This document shows positions 1 through 9,068 of a stretch of DNA of 64,000 nucleotides, in pieces; within the stretch, counting starts at the first letter, position 1; each line of letters starts with the position of its first letter. The DNA is from an uncultured Methanomassiliicoccales archaeon (lineage in GTDB: Archaea > Thermoplasmatota > Thermoplasmata > Methanomassiliicoccales > UBA472). A program made the translations under genes and the position numbers. The DNA is taken from NCBI GenBank assembly GCA_963695345.1, contig OY968769.1, positions 2,048,001 to 2,112,000 on the forward strand, given 5' to 3'. The notes under the pieces were generated by a model, which had not been told where the DNA came from, searched no databases, and saw nothing but the letters and a program-made list of their open reading frames with translations.

Positions 1-176
1 TTTCTTATCTTATGATACATGGCCATAGAATTTCCAATCTTATTGTTTTCCTTTTTCTCGAACCCGTACTCTGCTGACATGTTGTATGCGTGTGCGAAGG
101 CTTCCATCGTCTTGAGCAGTTTCTCTTTGTCTTCCTCATAGCGATGATTTAGCCGCAAAGTTATGGTCCGATACAT
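1..176 (-). CDS. tnpB: TnpB-like (IS200/IS605 family RNA-guided nuclease) N-terminus, partial, runs off the window edge
   Basis: Manual translation from ATG at 176 gives MYRTITLRLNHRYEEDKEKLLKTMEAFAHAYNMSAEYGFEKKENNKIGNSMAMYHKIR, resembling the archaeal TnpB N-terminal pattern (RTIxLxL...LLxTMExF..A.N....Y.KIR). A GGAGGTG SD lies just upstream. The RuvC domain is not visible. Confidence 0.65.
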   Translation of the reverse strand, partial: MYRTITLRLNHRYEEDKEKLLKTMEAFAHAYNMSAEYGFEKKENNKIGNSMAMYHKIR

Positions 177-480
177 TTTGCACCTCCAAATGATCAGATG
201 TCCGTCGGGGTCTTTACCTCGACGGTGAGAGGTGACCGAAACTATGATTCCTTGAGGGACTCTGGGCTAGGTTTTTCCACCTCTCTCGAGGTGACTGGCT
301 AATTAAAATAAAATAAAAAGTAATTATGTGGCCTTTTCTAGGCAGTGAAACTGCCCCCGAATAAACAAGGAGCTTACATAAGGGATCGTCGTTGCCCGTA
401 TACGGGTCTATTTTTCCTTTCTCGGGTCCTCATCCACATCATTATTACATCTCATATTGTCGTAGTCAAACTACGTCAGA

Positions 481-488
481 TTTAAATA
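481..488 (+). promoter_or_regulatory. Archaeal TATA box (TTTAAATA) for the HTH/mevalonate operon, probably leaderless transcript
   Basis: TTTAAATA about 25 nt upstream of the ATG at 513. Confidence 0.5.
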
Positions 489-512
489 TCGACCACGGAT
501 TAACCGGATTTC

Positions 513-1197
513 ATGCGGGAGCAGCTCAGGGAAAAAATGGCTGGTGAGATCGTTCTTTCCGTCGATGCGGGCAAGACGATCAGGAAGTGGAGAGAGGAGT
601 TCGGGGTCTCTCAACAGGAACTGGCAAAGTACATGGGCGTCTCCCCTTCGGTCATCAGCGATTATGAATCGGGTAGGCGCAGGTCTCCCGGGATCGTCAT
701 CGTCAGGAGGCTGGTCGATGGTCTCATCGCGCTTGATGAGGCGTCCGGGGGCAAGATACTGAAGAAGTATGACCTGGGCGAGAAGAGCGATTGCATCATC
801 AGCATCAAGGAGTTCAAGTCGTCCTTCAAGGCATCGGACTTCGTCCAGACGATAGAGGGCGAACCGCTCACCAAGAGCGTCAGCCTGGATATGGACATTC
901 ACGGGTTCACCATCATCGATTCGATGAAGGCCATCACCGCCCTCAGTTCGATGGACTATCTGAAGATCTACGGCTGGAGCAGCGAAAGGGCGCTCATCTT
1001 CACCGGGGTCAAGTTCGGCCGGTCGCCCATGATCGCCATCCGGGCGCATCCCGATGAAGCCGGCGCTGGTGGTATATCACCGTCCGGAACACGTGGATGA
1101 CCTGGCGATCCGCCTGGCGACGCTGGAAGGACTGCCGCTGATCAAAACGACATTGCCGATACAGACCCTCGTCGAGAGGCTGGAACGCGTAGAGTAA
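513..1197 (+). CDS. XRE-type HTH transcriptional regulator (COG1709-like), apparent +1 frameshift near 1050
   Basis: HTH motif SQQELAKYMGVSPSVISDYESGRR. Removing one C in CATCCCGATG restores HPMKPALVVYH...LERVE* ending TAA at 1197. Confidence 0.8.
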
Positions 1198-1210
1198 GGA
1201 GGAATATTCA

Positions 1211-2271
1211 ATGGATGTGGGTATTGTAAGCTACGGGGCGTACGTGCCAAGATACAGGATCGGGCCACAGGAGATCGGCCGGGTCTGGGGCGCGGATGGG
1301 GAAATGATGTCCAAGAACCTTCTGATCTTTTCCAAGTCCGTCCCGGCCCCCGATGAGGATGTCATAACCATCTCCGTGGAGGCGGCACGCGCCATGATGC
1401 GCGCGGACCAACGTGAACCCCCAGGACATCGGGGCGCTGTACGTCGGTTCGGAATCCCACCCCTATGCGGTGAAACCGACCGGAACCGTCGTCGCCGAGG
1501 CCATCGAGGCCTCGCCGAACCTGACCGTGGCCGATTTCGAGTTCGCCTGCAAGGCCGGAACGGCCGCCATCCAGGTATGCATGGGACTGGTCGGCTCGGG
1601 CATGATCAAGTACGGCGTGGCCATCGGCGCCGACACCTCCCAGGGCGCACCCGGGGACCCGCTGGAATACTCCGCCTCGGCCGGCGGCGCCGCCTACCTG
1701 ATCGGTTCCCGCGAGATCATCGCCAAGATCAACTCCACCTTCTCCTACACCACCGACACCCCCGACTTCTGGAGGCGGGAGGGTCAGCCCTACCCGTCCC
1801 ACGGCGGGAGGTTCACCGGCGAGCCGGCATATTTCAAGCACGTCTCCGCCGCGGCCAAGGGCCTGATGGAGAAGGTCGGGCTCGAAGCCGACCGACTACC
1901 AGTACGCCGTGTTCCACCAGCCGAACGGTAAGTTCCCGATGCGGGTGGCAAAGCAGCTGGGATTCACCGAGAAGCAGATCGAGACGGGCCTGCTGACGCC
2001 GGTCATCGGCAACACCTATTCCGGTGCCGTCCCGCTGGGACTGGCGTCGGTGCTGGACGTGGCCGCCCCGGGCGACCGGATCTTCGTCGTGGCCTACGGT
2101 TCCGGCGCGGGCGCGGACGGTTTCGACATAACCGTCACCGACAATATCTCCGGCTACCGGCGGGAGGAAGCCCCCACGATCAAGCAGATGCTGGAGAACA
2201 AGAAGTTCATCGATTATGCCACGTACGCGAAGTTCCGCGGCAAGATCAAGCTCAAGGAGGGATCCGAGTGA
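1211..2271 (+). CDS. Archaeal hydroxymethylglutaryl-CoA synthase, split by two apparent +1 frameshifts (about 1405 and 1884)
   Basis: Three consecutive frames join into GAYVPRYRI...[11 protein letters not shown]...EFACKAGT (catalytic Cys)...FHQPNGKFP...GNTYSG...YGSGAG. Confidence 0.9.
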
Positions 2272-3434
2272 GAGAGGTAGCGGTCATTGGAATCGGCGCC
2301 ACCAAGTTCGGCGAGCTGTGGGACCTGTCGTTCCGCGAGATCGGCATGCAGGCGGGATTGGCGGCGGTCTACGACGCCAACCTGTCCGGCGAGGACATCG
2401 ACGCCCTGTACGTGGGCAACATGTCCGCCGGCCGTTATATCCAGCAGGAGCATGTGGCGGCGCTCATCGCCGACTACTCGGGCATGGCCCGGGACAACAT
2501 ACCGGCGACCCGGGTGGAGGCCGCCGGGGCGTCCGGGGGCCTGGCGCTGCGCCAGGGCTACATGGCGATCGCCTCGGGAATGCATGACATCGTGGTCGTC
2601 GGCGGAGCGGAGAAGATGACCGACGTGGGCGATGCCGAGTCCAACGAGATCCAGTCGTCGGCCGCGGACGAGCAGTGGGAGGTGACGTTCGGAGCGACGT
2701 TCCCGTCGCTGCACGCCATGATAGCGCGCCGGCACATGCACGATTTCGGCACCACCCGCGAGCAGATCGCCCAGGTGGCGGTCAAGAATCACAAGCACGG
2801 TTCGCTGAACCCGAAGGCCCAGTACCAGAAGGAGATCAACCTGGACACGGTGCTCAGGTCTCCCCTGGTCTCGGACCCGCTGGGCATGTTCGACTGCGCC
2901 CCGAACTCGGACGGGGCGGCGGCGGTGGTCCTGTGCGCCATGGAGAAGGCCAAGAAGTACACCGAAACACCGGTCAAGATCCTGGCATCGGGGCAGGCGT
3001 CCGATACGCTGGCGCTGCATCACCGCAACAGCATCGTCGGGTTCGACGCCACCCGGGTCGCGGCCGAGCGGGCCTTCAAGCAGGCCAGGCTGACGGCGAA
3101 GGACGTCAACTTCGCCGAGGTCCATGACAACTTCACCATCTCGGAGATACTGGCCATCGAGGACCTGGGCTTCTTCCCGAAGGGGGAGGGCGGAAAGGCC
3201 ACCATGGACGGGCAGACGCTGCTCGGCGGGAAGATCGCCATCAACACCTCCGGCGGTCTTAAGGCCAGAGGCGACCCGATCGGGGCCACCGGGGTGGCAC
3301 AGATCGTCGAGGTCGTCACCCAGCTGCGCGGTCAGGCGGGAAAGCGCCAGGTCTCCGACGCGAGGGTCGGACTGGCCCAGAACGTGGGTGGGACCGGCGC
3401 CACCGCCGTCGTGCACATCCTGGGGGTGGCCTGA
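2268..3434 (+). CDS. Archaeal acetoacetyl-CoA thiolase-family protein with substituted catalytic residues (G87, N288, D336)
   Basis: Full thiolase fold (GAEKM, DGAAA, SGGLKA, QNVGG) between HMGS and DUF35. It has EAAGASG instead of EAACASG, HDNF instead of HDCF, and GDP instead of GHP. Confidence 0.9.
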   Translation: MREVAVIGIGATKFGELWDLSFREIGMQAGLAAVYDANLSGEDIDALYVGNMSAGRYIQQEHVAALIADYSGMARDNIPATRVEAAGASGGLALRQGYMAIASGMHDIVVVGGAEKMTDVGDAESNEIQSSAADEQWEVTFGATFPSLHAMIARRHMHDFGTTREQIAQVAVKNHKHGSLNPKAQYQKEINLDTVLRSPLVSDPLGMFDCAPNSDGAAAVVLCAMEKAKKYTETPVKILASGQASDTLALHHRNSIVGFDATRVAAERAFKQARLTAKDVNFAEVHDNFTISEILAIEDLGFFPKGEGGKATMDGQTLLGGKIAINTSGGLKARGDPIGATGVAQIVEVVTQLRGQAGKRQVSDARVGLAQNVGGTGATAVVHILGVA

Positions 3435-3839
3435 TGACCACGGCCAGGTTCTGGAGGGAGAACGCGTCCCGGTACAACATGATCGGCGCCCAGTGCACGG
3501 TCTGCGGGAAGGTGCACTTCCCCCCGCGGTCGGTGTGCCCCACCTGCCACCGCAAGTCCATCGGGAAGACTGCAGCCTATCCGGCTGAAGGGCGATGGGG
3601 AGATCTTCTCCTACACCGTGGTCCACGAGGCCCCGTCCCAGTTCGAGATGCAGAAGCCATACGTCATGGCGATCATCCGGATGAGGGAAGGGGTGATGGT
3701 CACCGGCCAGGTCATCGATCTCGACGCCAACGACCTGGAGATCGGCATGAAGGTCAGGGCCACCATGAGGAGGCTGGGATCGGACGGGCCCGACGGGGTC
3801 ATCCATTACGGCTACAAGTTCGCGCCGGTACGGCAGTAG
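3434..3839 (+). CDS. DUF35 Zn-ribbon/OB-fold scaffold of the thiolase-HMGS complex, apparent +1 frameshift about 3569
   Basis: CTVC...PPRSVCPTC Zn ribbon. Removing one base restores GKLQPIRLKGDGEIFSYTVVH...YGYKFAPVRQ*. Confidence 0.85.
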
Positions 3840-3860
3840 GGTCGGCCAGTACAACTTAAA

Positions 3861-3884
3861 CCCTTTTCCTTTCACTTCTTTTCC
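3861..3884 (+). terminator. Pyrimidine/T-rich archaeal terminator
   Basis: CCCTTTTCCTTTCACTTCTTTTCC just after the DUF35 stop. Confidence 0.5.
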
Positions 3885-4062
3885 ATGTCGACCATGCCGA
3901 AGCGGACGCTTCGGGTCATCCGATGGGGGGATCGATACCGATCCTTTGATATCGCAGGTCCAGGGCTCGGTCCCTTGACCGATGGTTTGATTTTCCGTGA
4001 CGCCATAGCATCAAGCTGACGTCCGGTTCTCTGACTGGATGTCATCCCGACCGGGTGGTAGG

Positions 4063-4521
4063 ATGTCCGAGCTCAAGACCGTGGAATACGTGGACGTGAC
4101 GAGGTACATGGGAACATGGTACGAGATAGCGAAGTTCCCGCAGAGGTTCGAGAGGGGACTAGTCGGGGTGACGGCCAAATACGCTCTGCTGTCCGATGGA
4201 ACGGTACAGGTCATCAATGGCGGATACGTCGGGGATTTTACTGGGAACTATCGGTCTGCCAAGGGCAAGGCATGGGTGGTCGACAAGAAATCCTATGCCA
4301 AGCTGAAAGTGAGCTTCTTCTGGCCGTTCGCCGCCGACTATTGGATATTGGAGATCGGTAAGGACTACGAGTATGCGGTGGTCGGCAACAGGTCGAGAAA
4401 ATACCTCTGGATCCTCTCCAGGACGCCGAGGATGGACGAGGCGGTGTATCAGGACCTGCTCCGTCGCATCGGTGAGATGGGATTCGATATCTCGAAACTG
4501 GAAAAGAACCCGCAGAAGTAA
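4063..4521 (+). CDS. Lipocalin (Blc-like), no signal peptide
   Basis: RYMGTWYEIAKFP, LKVSFFWPF, DYEYAVV and YLWILSRTP lipocalin motifs. Confidence 0.9.
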   Translation: MSELKTVEYVDVTRYMGTWYEIAKFPQRFERGLVGVTAKYALLSDGTVQVINGGYVGDFTGNYRSAKGKAWVVDKKSYAKLKVSFFWPFAADYWILEIGKDYEYAVVGNRSRKYLWILSRTPRMDEAVYQDLLRRIGEMGFDISKLEKNPQK

Positions 4522-4604
4522 GGCACCATGTACGAGGCATTTCGCCTTTGCCGACCGTCCCCGATACCGCAGGGTTCCAGATCATGAATGGCCTTGGAAA
4601 GATC

Positions 4605-7600
4605 TCATTCGACGGTAATCTCGAACTCGGATTCGAACCCTACCTGCTCCTCGGAGAGTACCGATTTGCACGACAACATCAGCTTCAGGGCGATATCGCC
4701 GGATATCCGTGGCTGGATCAGCACATCGATGGTCTTCTTTTCGCCCTTGGGCAGCCGTTCGATGTCGATGAGCCCCTTCACATCCACCTCTCCGACGATC
4801 TCCAGTCTGATATCCCGGGCCGCGGCGATGCCGTCGTTGCTGACATGCAGGCGGAACTTCGCCCAGGCGCCTTTCTTCGGTTCGTCGAGGAAATCGATGT
4901 CGATGCCGATGTCCGGCATCATCTGCTCTTTCTGCTCATCCACTTTCGCGATTGCCTGATGGAGGAGGTCCAGCCCCTGCTTGGCGTCTATGCTGCGCAG
5001 GGCGTCCGCCTTCTTCAGGAGCTGCTCCGCCGCGATCACTGGCATGCCCTGTGCCCGGACATTGTCCAGCTCCGCCTTGACCTTGTTGCGGACCTTCTTG
5101 AACTCCTCATTGGCGGCCGTGGCCACCCCGATGAGCCGCTCGCTCTTCTGCAGGGTCCGGAACGCCTCGCCCATGTCCTGTATCAGCAGCCCCCCGGTCG
5201 CGCTGGTGTACAGGCCCTCGCTCATGTTGACATCCAAGCCGGCCTTCCTGGCCTTGTTGATCCCTTCCGCCACCTTCAGGCGTTTGCGTCCGAACTCCTC
5301 CAGGACCAACTGGCGCATGGTACGTACCCCGATGCTCAGCGTCTCCAGGTCCTTCGAGCTGAAAACGCCTCCCCTGTCCTCCTGGAGCTTGAGCACGCTG
5401 GGGGCCAGCTTCGACCGGTCGTAGCCGATCTCGTTCAGCAGCTTGAACAGCTTGGTCAGCTCCGCGTAGTTACGCTCGGACTCCCGGCCGGCGATCTCCT
5501 GGAGCAAGGCCTTGGTCCGGTGAAGGAACAGCGATGATCTCTCGAAATCCAATGATAGCAGGGCCTCGTCCGCCTGGTCCAGGAGCATTTCCATGCTGGT
5601 CCGTTCCTCGCTCTCCTCCAGGAACTGGAAGTCGTGCCGGAGGGACTGCATCTCGTTCATCCTGGCCTCGAACATCTCACGCAGCTGGGTCAGTTCGTCC
5701 CGGCTGCGCATGGCCAAGGCGCTGGCCTCCGCGAAGGCATTGGCCTTCAGCTTGTCCTCGGCCTTGGTCAGCAGCTGCCTCAGGTCTTCCGAGAAGACCC
5801 CGGAGGCGGCCGCCTCATCGAACTTGGCCCGCACCTCGACGATGACCTTCCGGGCCGAGTCCCTGATATCCCTTACCTTGACAAGCTCGTCCTCATAGGT
5901 GCGGACCAGGGGGAGCACGTCACGGAACCGGCGCTGGTTGATGCGCTCGTTGATGTCCTTGCGGATACGGTCCACGATGACCAGGTCCGGTCCCTCCAGC
6001 TCTTCCCTTCGGATCTTCAGGTCGCTCTCTTCCAGCTTCCGGGAGATCATCATGTCCATGAGATGGGCCGCCTGGTCCACGGCGCGTTTCGAGAGTTCCA
6101 TGGCCAGCGGGTGGTTGCCCTGCTTCTGTATGATGCGGGCCTGATTCATGATCTCCAGCGCCGGCGAGACGTTCACGCCCAGGTCCTGGATGGCCTTGAG
6201 CGTGGCCATGGTCCGCTCGATCTGCTCGTTGGCCTTCTGCTCCATGAGCATCAGCTGGTCCAGTTCGCCCCTGGTCATCTGGGCTGCCCGGAGGGCTTCC
6301 AGGTAGCGTTTCTCCTCCAGCAGGCTGGTCGATTTCAGCAGTATCTGTTGCGGGGAGTTGGTGTCGATGCCCGCCGCCCTGGTTCTGTCCAGCAATGATC
6401 TGCACAGGTTGATCTCGCGCAGGATCCCGGACGCCAGCTGGCTCCTGATGAGCTCGATCCCGCCGTTCATCGTCTTAAGCGAGGTCAGGTGCTCATTCTT
6501 GTTCTCCTGCTCGATCGCCGCCTGTATCGACGATTCCGCGGACGAAATGTCCAGCCCGAGCGTTTCCATGGCCATGACCAGTTCCTTCGCCTCCTCTATC
6601 CTGCGGGCTGCCATGAACGGGGCCACGATGACCTCGGTCTCGGCGTACGAAGCGGTGGACGCGGCCCGGGCGTCCCCGTATCTTCCGCTCTCGAACATGC
6701 GCTTGGTCTTCAGGAGCAGGTCGGTGGCCTTCCGGGTGTCTATGCCCTTGGAGTCCGCCTCCTCCAGGAGATTGGAGATCTCCACTATCCTATCGTAGAT
6801 CTCCACGTGGACGCTGGTCAGCTGTCTCAGGCTTACCTGGGCCTCCTTGAGATTATCGAAGGCCTTCTCGAACGAGCCCTGCTTGAGGGCCCGGCCGGCC
6901 TCCTCCAGGAGATGTTCGGGCTTCATGACCTCGACGCCCTTCTTGCGCTCCAGCGAGATGGAGCGGGACGTGGAGGCCATCTCCCGGGTGAGCTCGTCGA
7001 GGATTATGGAATGTGAGAATTGGATGACGTCGTTGGCGGTGCGGAGGGCGACCATGGTGTTGTTCTTGGCCTTCATCTCCTCCGCCCGGGCCAGCTTGTC
7101 CTTGAGGGTGACGCTCTCGCAGTTGAGCTCCTTGAGGATGCCGAGCATGCTATGGGCCTCCGCCATGCGGGTCTCCAGGGCCTGCTTCTCCTCCCGGTTC
7201 AATGACTCGGCCGCCTCGGCCGCCAGGTCATAGGCGTTGACGAACTCGTTCCTCTCCGCCGCCTTGCGGGCCTGTTCCAGCATTGTCGTGGCACTGCTCA
7301 CGTCCATCGATCCCTTGTACATGTCCAGGTTAGCCTTGCCCTCGTCCAGGGCCTTCTGGACCTGGAAACGCAACTTCGCGTCGATGGTATCGGAGCATTT
7401 GGCGAGGAGTTCCGGTGCGACCGTGAACTCCCCCTTCTTGATGAGGTCGACGATCCTCTCCAGCATGCTCGTCTCGTCGTTCACGTCCACCCCGATGCGG
7501 AGAGCTCCGGCGAACTTGATCTCTATCGCCATGACATCCTTGGCGTAGTGCTCCTCGAGCTGCTTGTTCAGCTCCGAATGGGCCTCCCTGAGCAGGCCTG

Positions 7601-8939
7601 AGGCGCTGACAAACTCATGCGCCAGCGTCGCCCTCCTTGCCGAGTCCATGAAGCTCTTGGCGGTGGACGTATCCAGTTTCAGCTCGTCGGCCCGGTCCAT
7701 GACCGCCCTGGTCTTGAGCAGCTCGGATTCCAGGTCGGCCAGGCCCTTGAGGGCGGTGCCGATCTCGTTCTCGGCCGCCGAGATCTGCGCCATCGCTTCC
7801 TCGATCTCTGAGCTGGACAGGTGTGCCCTCGCCGCCTCGATCTTATTGGAAGCGCTTCCCAGGTCGATTCCCAGGCGCTTGGCGATGAGCAGTGAAGGGC
7901 GCAGCTTCAGCAATGCCTCGGAGATCAGGCCGGTCTCCTTGTCGCGCAGGGCGGTCTTCACGGACCTCGTCCCTTCGAGGGCCTCGTTGAACTTGAGGTC
8001 CTTGAGCAGGTCCTTCTGCAGACCGATCTGGGAGACAAGGTCCTTCACATCGATCCCATTCTCCTTGAGGGCCGTTCCTCTCTTGCGGAGCGACTGTAGC
8101 TCCGCGGCGAATCCCTTGGTGAGCGCCTTCTGCTGTTCACCCTCGGCCGATGACAGGGCGGCGAACGCCTCCTCGAACGAACCATGGTCCAGCAGCCCCT
8201 GCGCCTTCTTCAGGGCCTTTTCGACCTTCGACAGGTCGACGGCGAACTCGGACTGGTATTTGGAGACGTCCATCATGCTTTCGGCTCGGGCCTGGAACTT
8301 ATCGGCCAGGGCCGATTCCAGCGATTCCCGGCAGGATACCAGCTTCTCCATCGAGGAGGGCACCTGCTCTTTCTCCAGTAGGTCCCTGGCCTCCGTCAGT
8401 CCCTTGCGTTCGGCATCGACCGTTATGCCCTGGCCCTCCGCCAGCAGCATGACCGTCTGGGTCTCCCCGAAGGCGGTCGCCATGAACCGGTTGACCAGCT
8501 TCTCCACCTTGTCCCAGAGGTCCTTGGACATGGCGAAGGCATCCTCCAGCGACCCCTTTGCCAGAGCCGTCTTGGCCTCCTGCGACAGGATGGACAGGTC
8601 CTCCGCCTTGGCCCCCATTCTCTCCACATGGGTCCTAAGATCGTCCGCGTCCCCGATCATGGAGGAGACCTGGTCCTTCTGCGCCCTGAACGACGCCTCC
8701 ATGCTCTTGCTGGACATGCCCACCGATGAACGGTAATCCTTTTCTCTGAAAAATGAACTGGCTTCGGTAAGGTATTTCTCTGCCTCCGCCGAGGGGGCGT
8801 CCATCCTCTTGGAAAGCTTCAGAGATATCTCTGCCTGGACGAGCTTCTCCTCCGCAGCATCGCGGCTTTTAGCTGCCTCCTTCGCTTTTTGCTCAATTTG
8901 TTTCTTGAGCTGCAGCTGTTTGATGTAATCTCCAGTCAA
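4605..8939 (-). CDS. 1444-aa helical-repeat (about 65-aa units) rod protein with C-terminal Ig/CARDB-like beta domain
   Basis: About 20 degenerate G[IVL]D-x-x-A...L..A...L..G.[FY]..A units. The last ~105 aa are beta-rich (LHVSNDGIAAARDIRLEI...LPKGEKKTIDVLIQP). No TM segment or signal peptide. Confidence 0.8.
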   Translation of the reverse strand: MTGDYIKQLQLKKQIEQKAKEAAKSRDAAEEKLVQAEISLKLSKRMDAPSAEAEKYLTEASSFFREKDYRSSVGMSSKSMEASFRAQKDQVSSMIGDADDLRTHVERMGAKAEDLSILSQEAKTALAKGSLEDAFAMSKDLWDKVEKLVNRFMATAFGETQTVMLLAEGQGITVDAERKGLTEARDLLEKEQVPSSMEKLVSCRESLESALADKFQARAESMMDVSKYQSEFAVDLSKVEKALKKAQGLLDHGSFEEAFAALSSAEGEQQKALTKGFAAELQSLRKRGTALKENGIDVKDLVSQIGLQKDLLKDLKFNEALEGTRSVKTALRDKETGLISEALLKLRPSLLIAKRLGIDLGSASNKIEAARAHLSSSEIEEAMAQISAAENEIGTALKGLADLESELLKTRAVMDRADELKLDTSTAKSFMDSARRATLAHEFVSASGLLREAHSELNKQLEEHYAKDVMAIEIKFAGALRIGVDVNDETSMLERIVDLIKKGEFTVAPELLAKCSDTIDAKLRFQVQKALDEGKANLDMYKGSMDVSSATTMLEQARKAAERNEFVNAYDLAAEAAESLNREEKQALETRMAEAHSMLGILKELNCESVTLKDKLARAEEMKAKNNTMVALRTANDVIQFSHSIILDELTREMASTSRSISLERKKGVEVMKPEHLLEEAGRALKQGSFEKAFDNLKEAQVSLRQLTSVHVEIYDRIVEISNLLEEADSKGIDTRKATDLLLKTKRMFESGRYGDARAASTASYAETEVIVAPFMAARRIEEAKELVMAMETLGLDISSAESSIQAAIEQENKNEHLTSLKTMNGGIELIRSQLASGILREINLCRSLLDRTRAAGIDTNSPQQILLKSTSLLEEKRYLEALRAAQMTRGELDQLMLMEQKANEQIERTMATLKAIQDLGVNVSPALEIMNQARIIQKQGNHPLAMELSKRAVDQAAHLMDMMISRKLEESDLKIRREELEGPDLVIVDRIRKDINERINQRRFRDVLPLVRTYEDELVKVRDIRDSARKVIVEVRAKFDEAAASGVFSEDLRQLLTKAEDKLKANAFAEASALAMRSRDELTQLREMFEARMNEMQSLRHDFQFLEESEERTSMEMLLDQADEALLSLDFERSSLFLHRTKALLQEIAGRESERNYAELTKLFKLLNEIGYDRSKLAPSVLKLQEDRGGVFSSKDLETLSIGVRTMRQLVLEEFGRKRLKVAEGINKARKAGLDVNMSEGLYTSATGGLLIQDMGEAFRTLQKSERLIGVATAANEEFKKVRNKVKAELDNVRAQGMPVIAAEQLLKKADALRSIDAKQGLDLLHQAIAKVDEQKEQMMPDIGIDIDFLDEPKKGAWAKFRLHVSNDGIAAARDIRLEIVGEVDVKGLIDIERLPKGEKKTIDVLIQPRISGDIALKLMLSCKSVLSEEQVGFESEFEITVE

Positions 8940-9068
8940 ACGAGATCAAATCCGAGAGCCGATATGACCAACCATTCCCCAATAGGGAAGGGCTATTGTT
9001 TGCGATTAGCCCGATATCTGATATACCTTTTGACCGGATTCCATTAATTGGTAATATGGCCAGATAGC

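Noticed and set aside
1040-3575. Programmed ribosomal frameshifting in the HTH, HMGS and DUF35 genes
   Set aside because: No slippery heptamers or common signal at the sites; scattered single insertions fit sequencing error better
2214-3875. 553-aa minus-strand ORF, and similar long shadow ORFs (4548..5537, 7564..8736, 13335..14576, 15914..16354)
   Set aside because: They are antisense to well-supported genes. Long stop-free antisense frames are expected with high GC3, and they contain no recognisable motifs.
4605-8939. SMC/Rad50 chromosome segregation ATPase
   Set aside because: No Walker A/B, signature or hinge/hook motif
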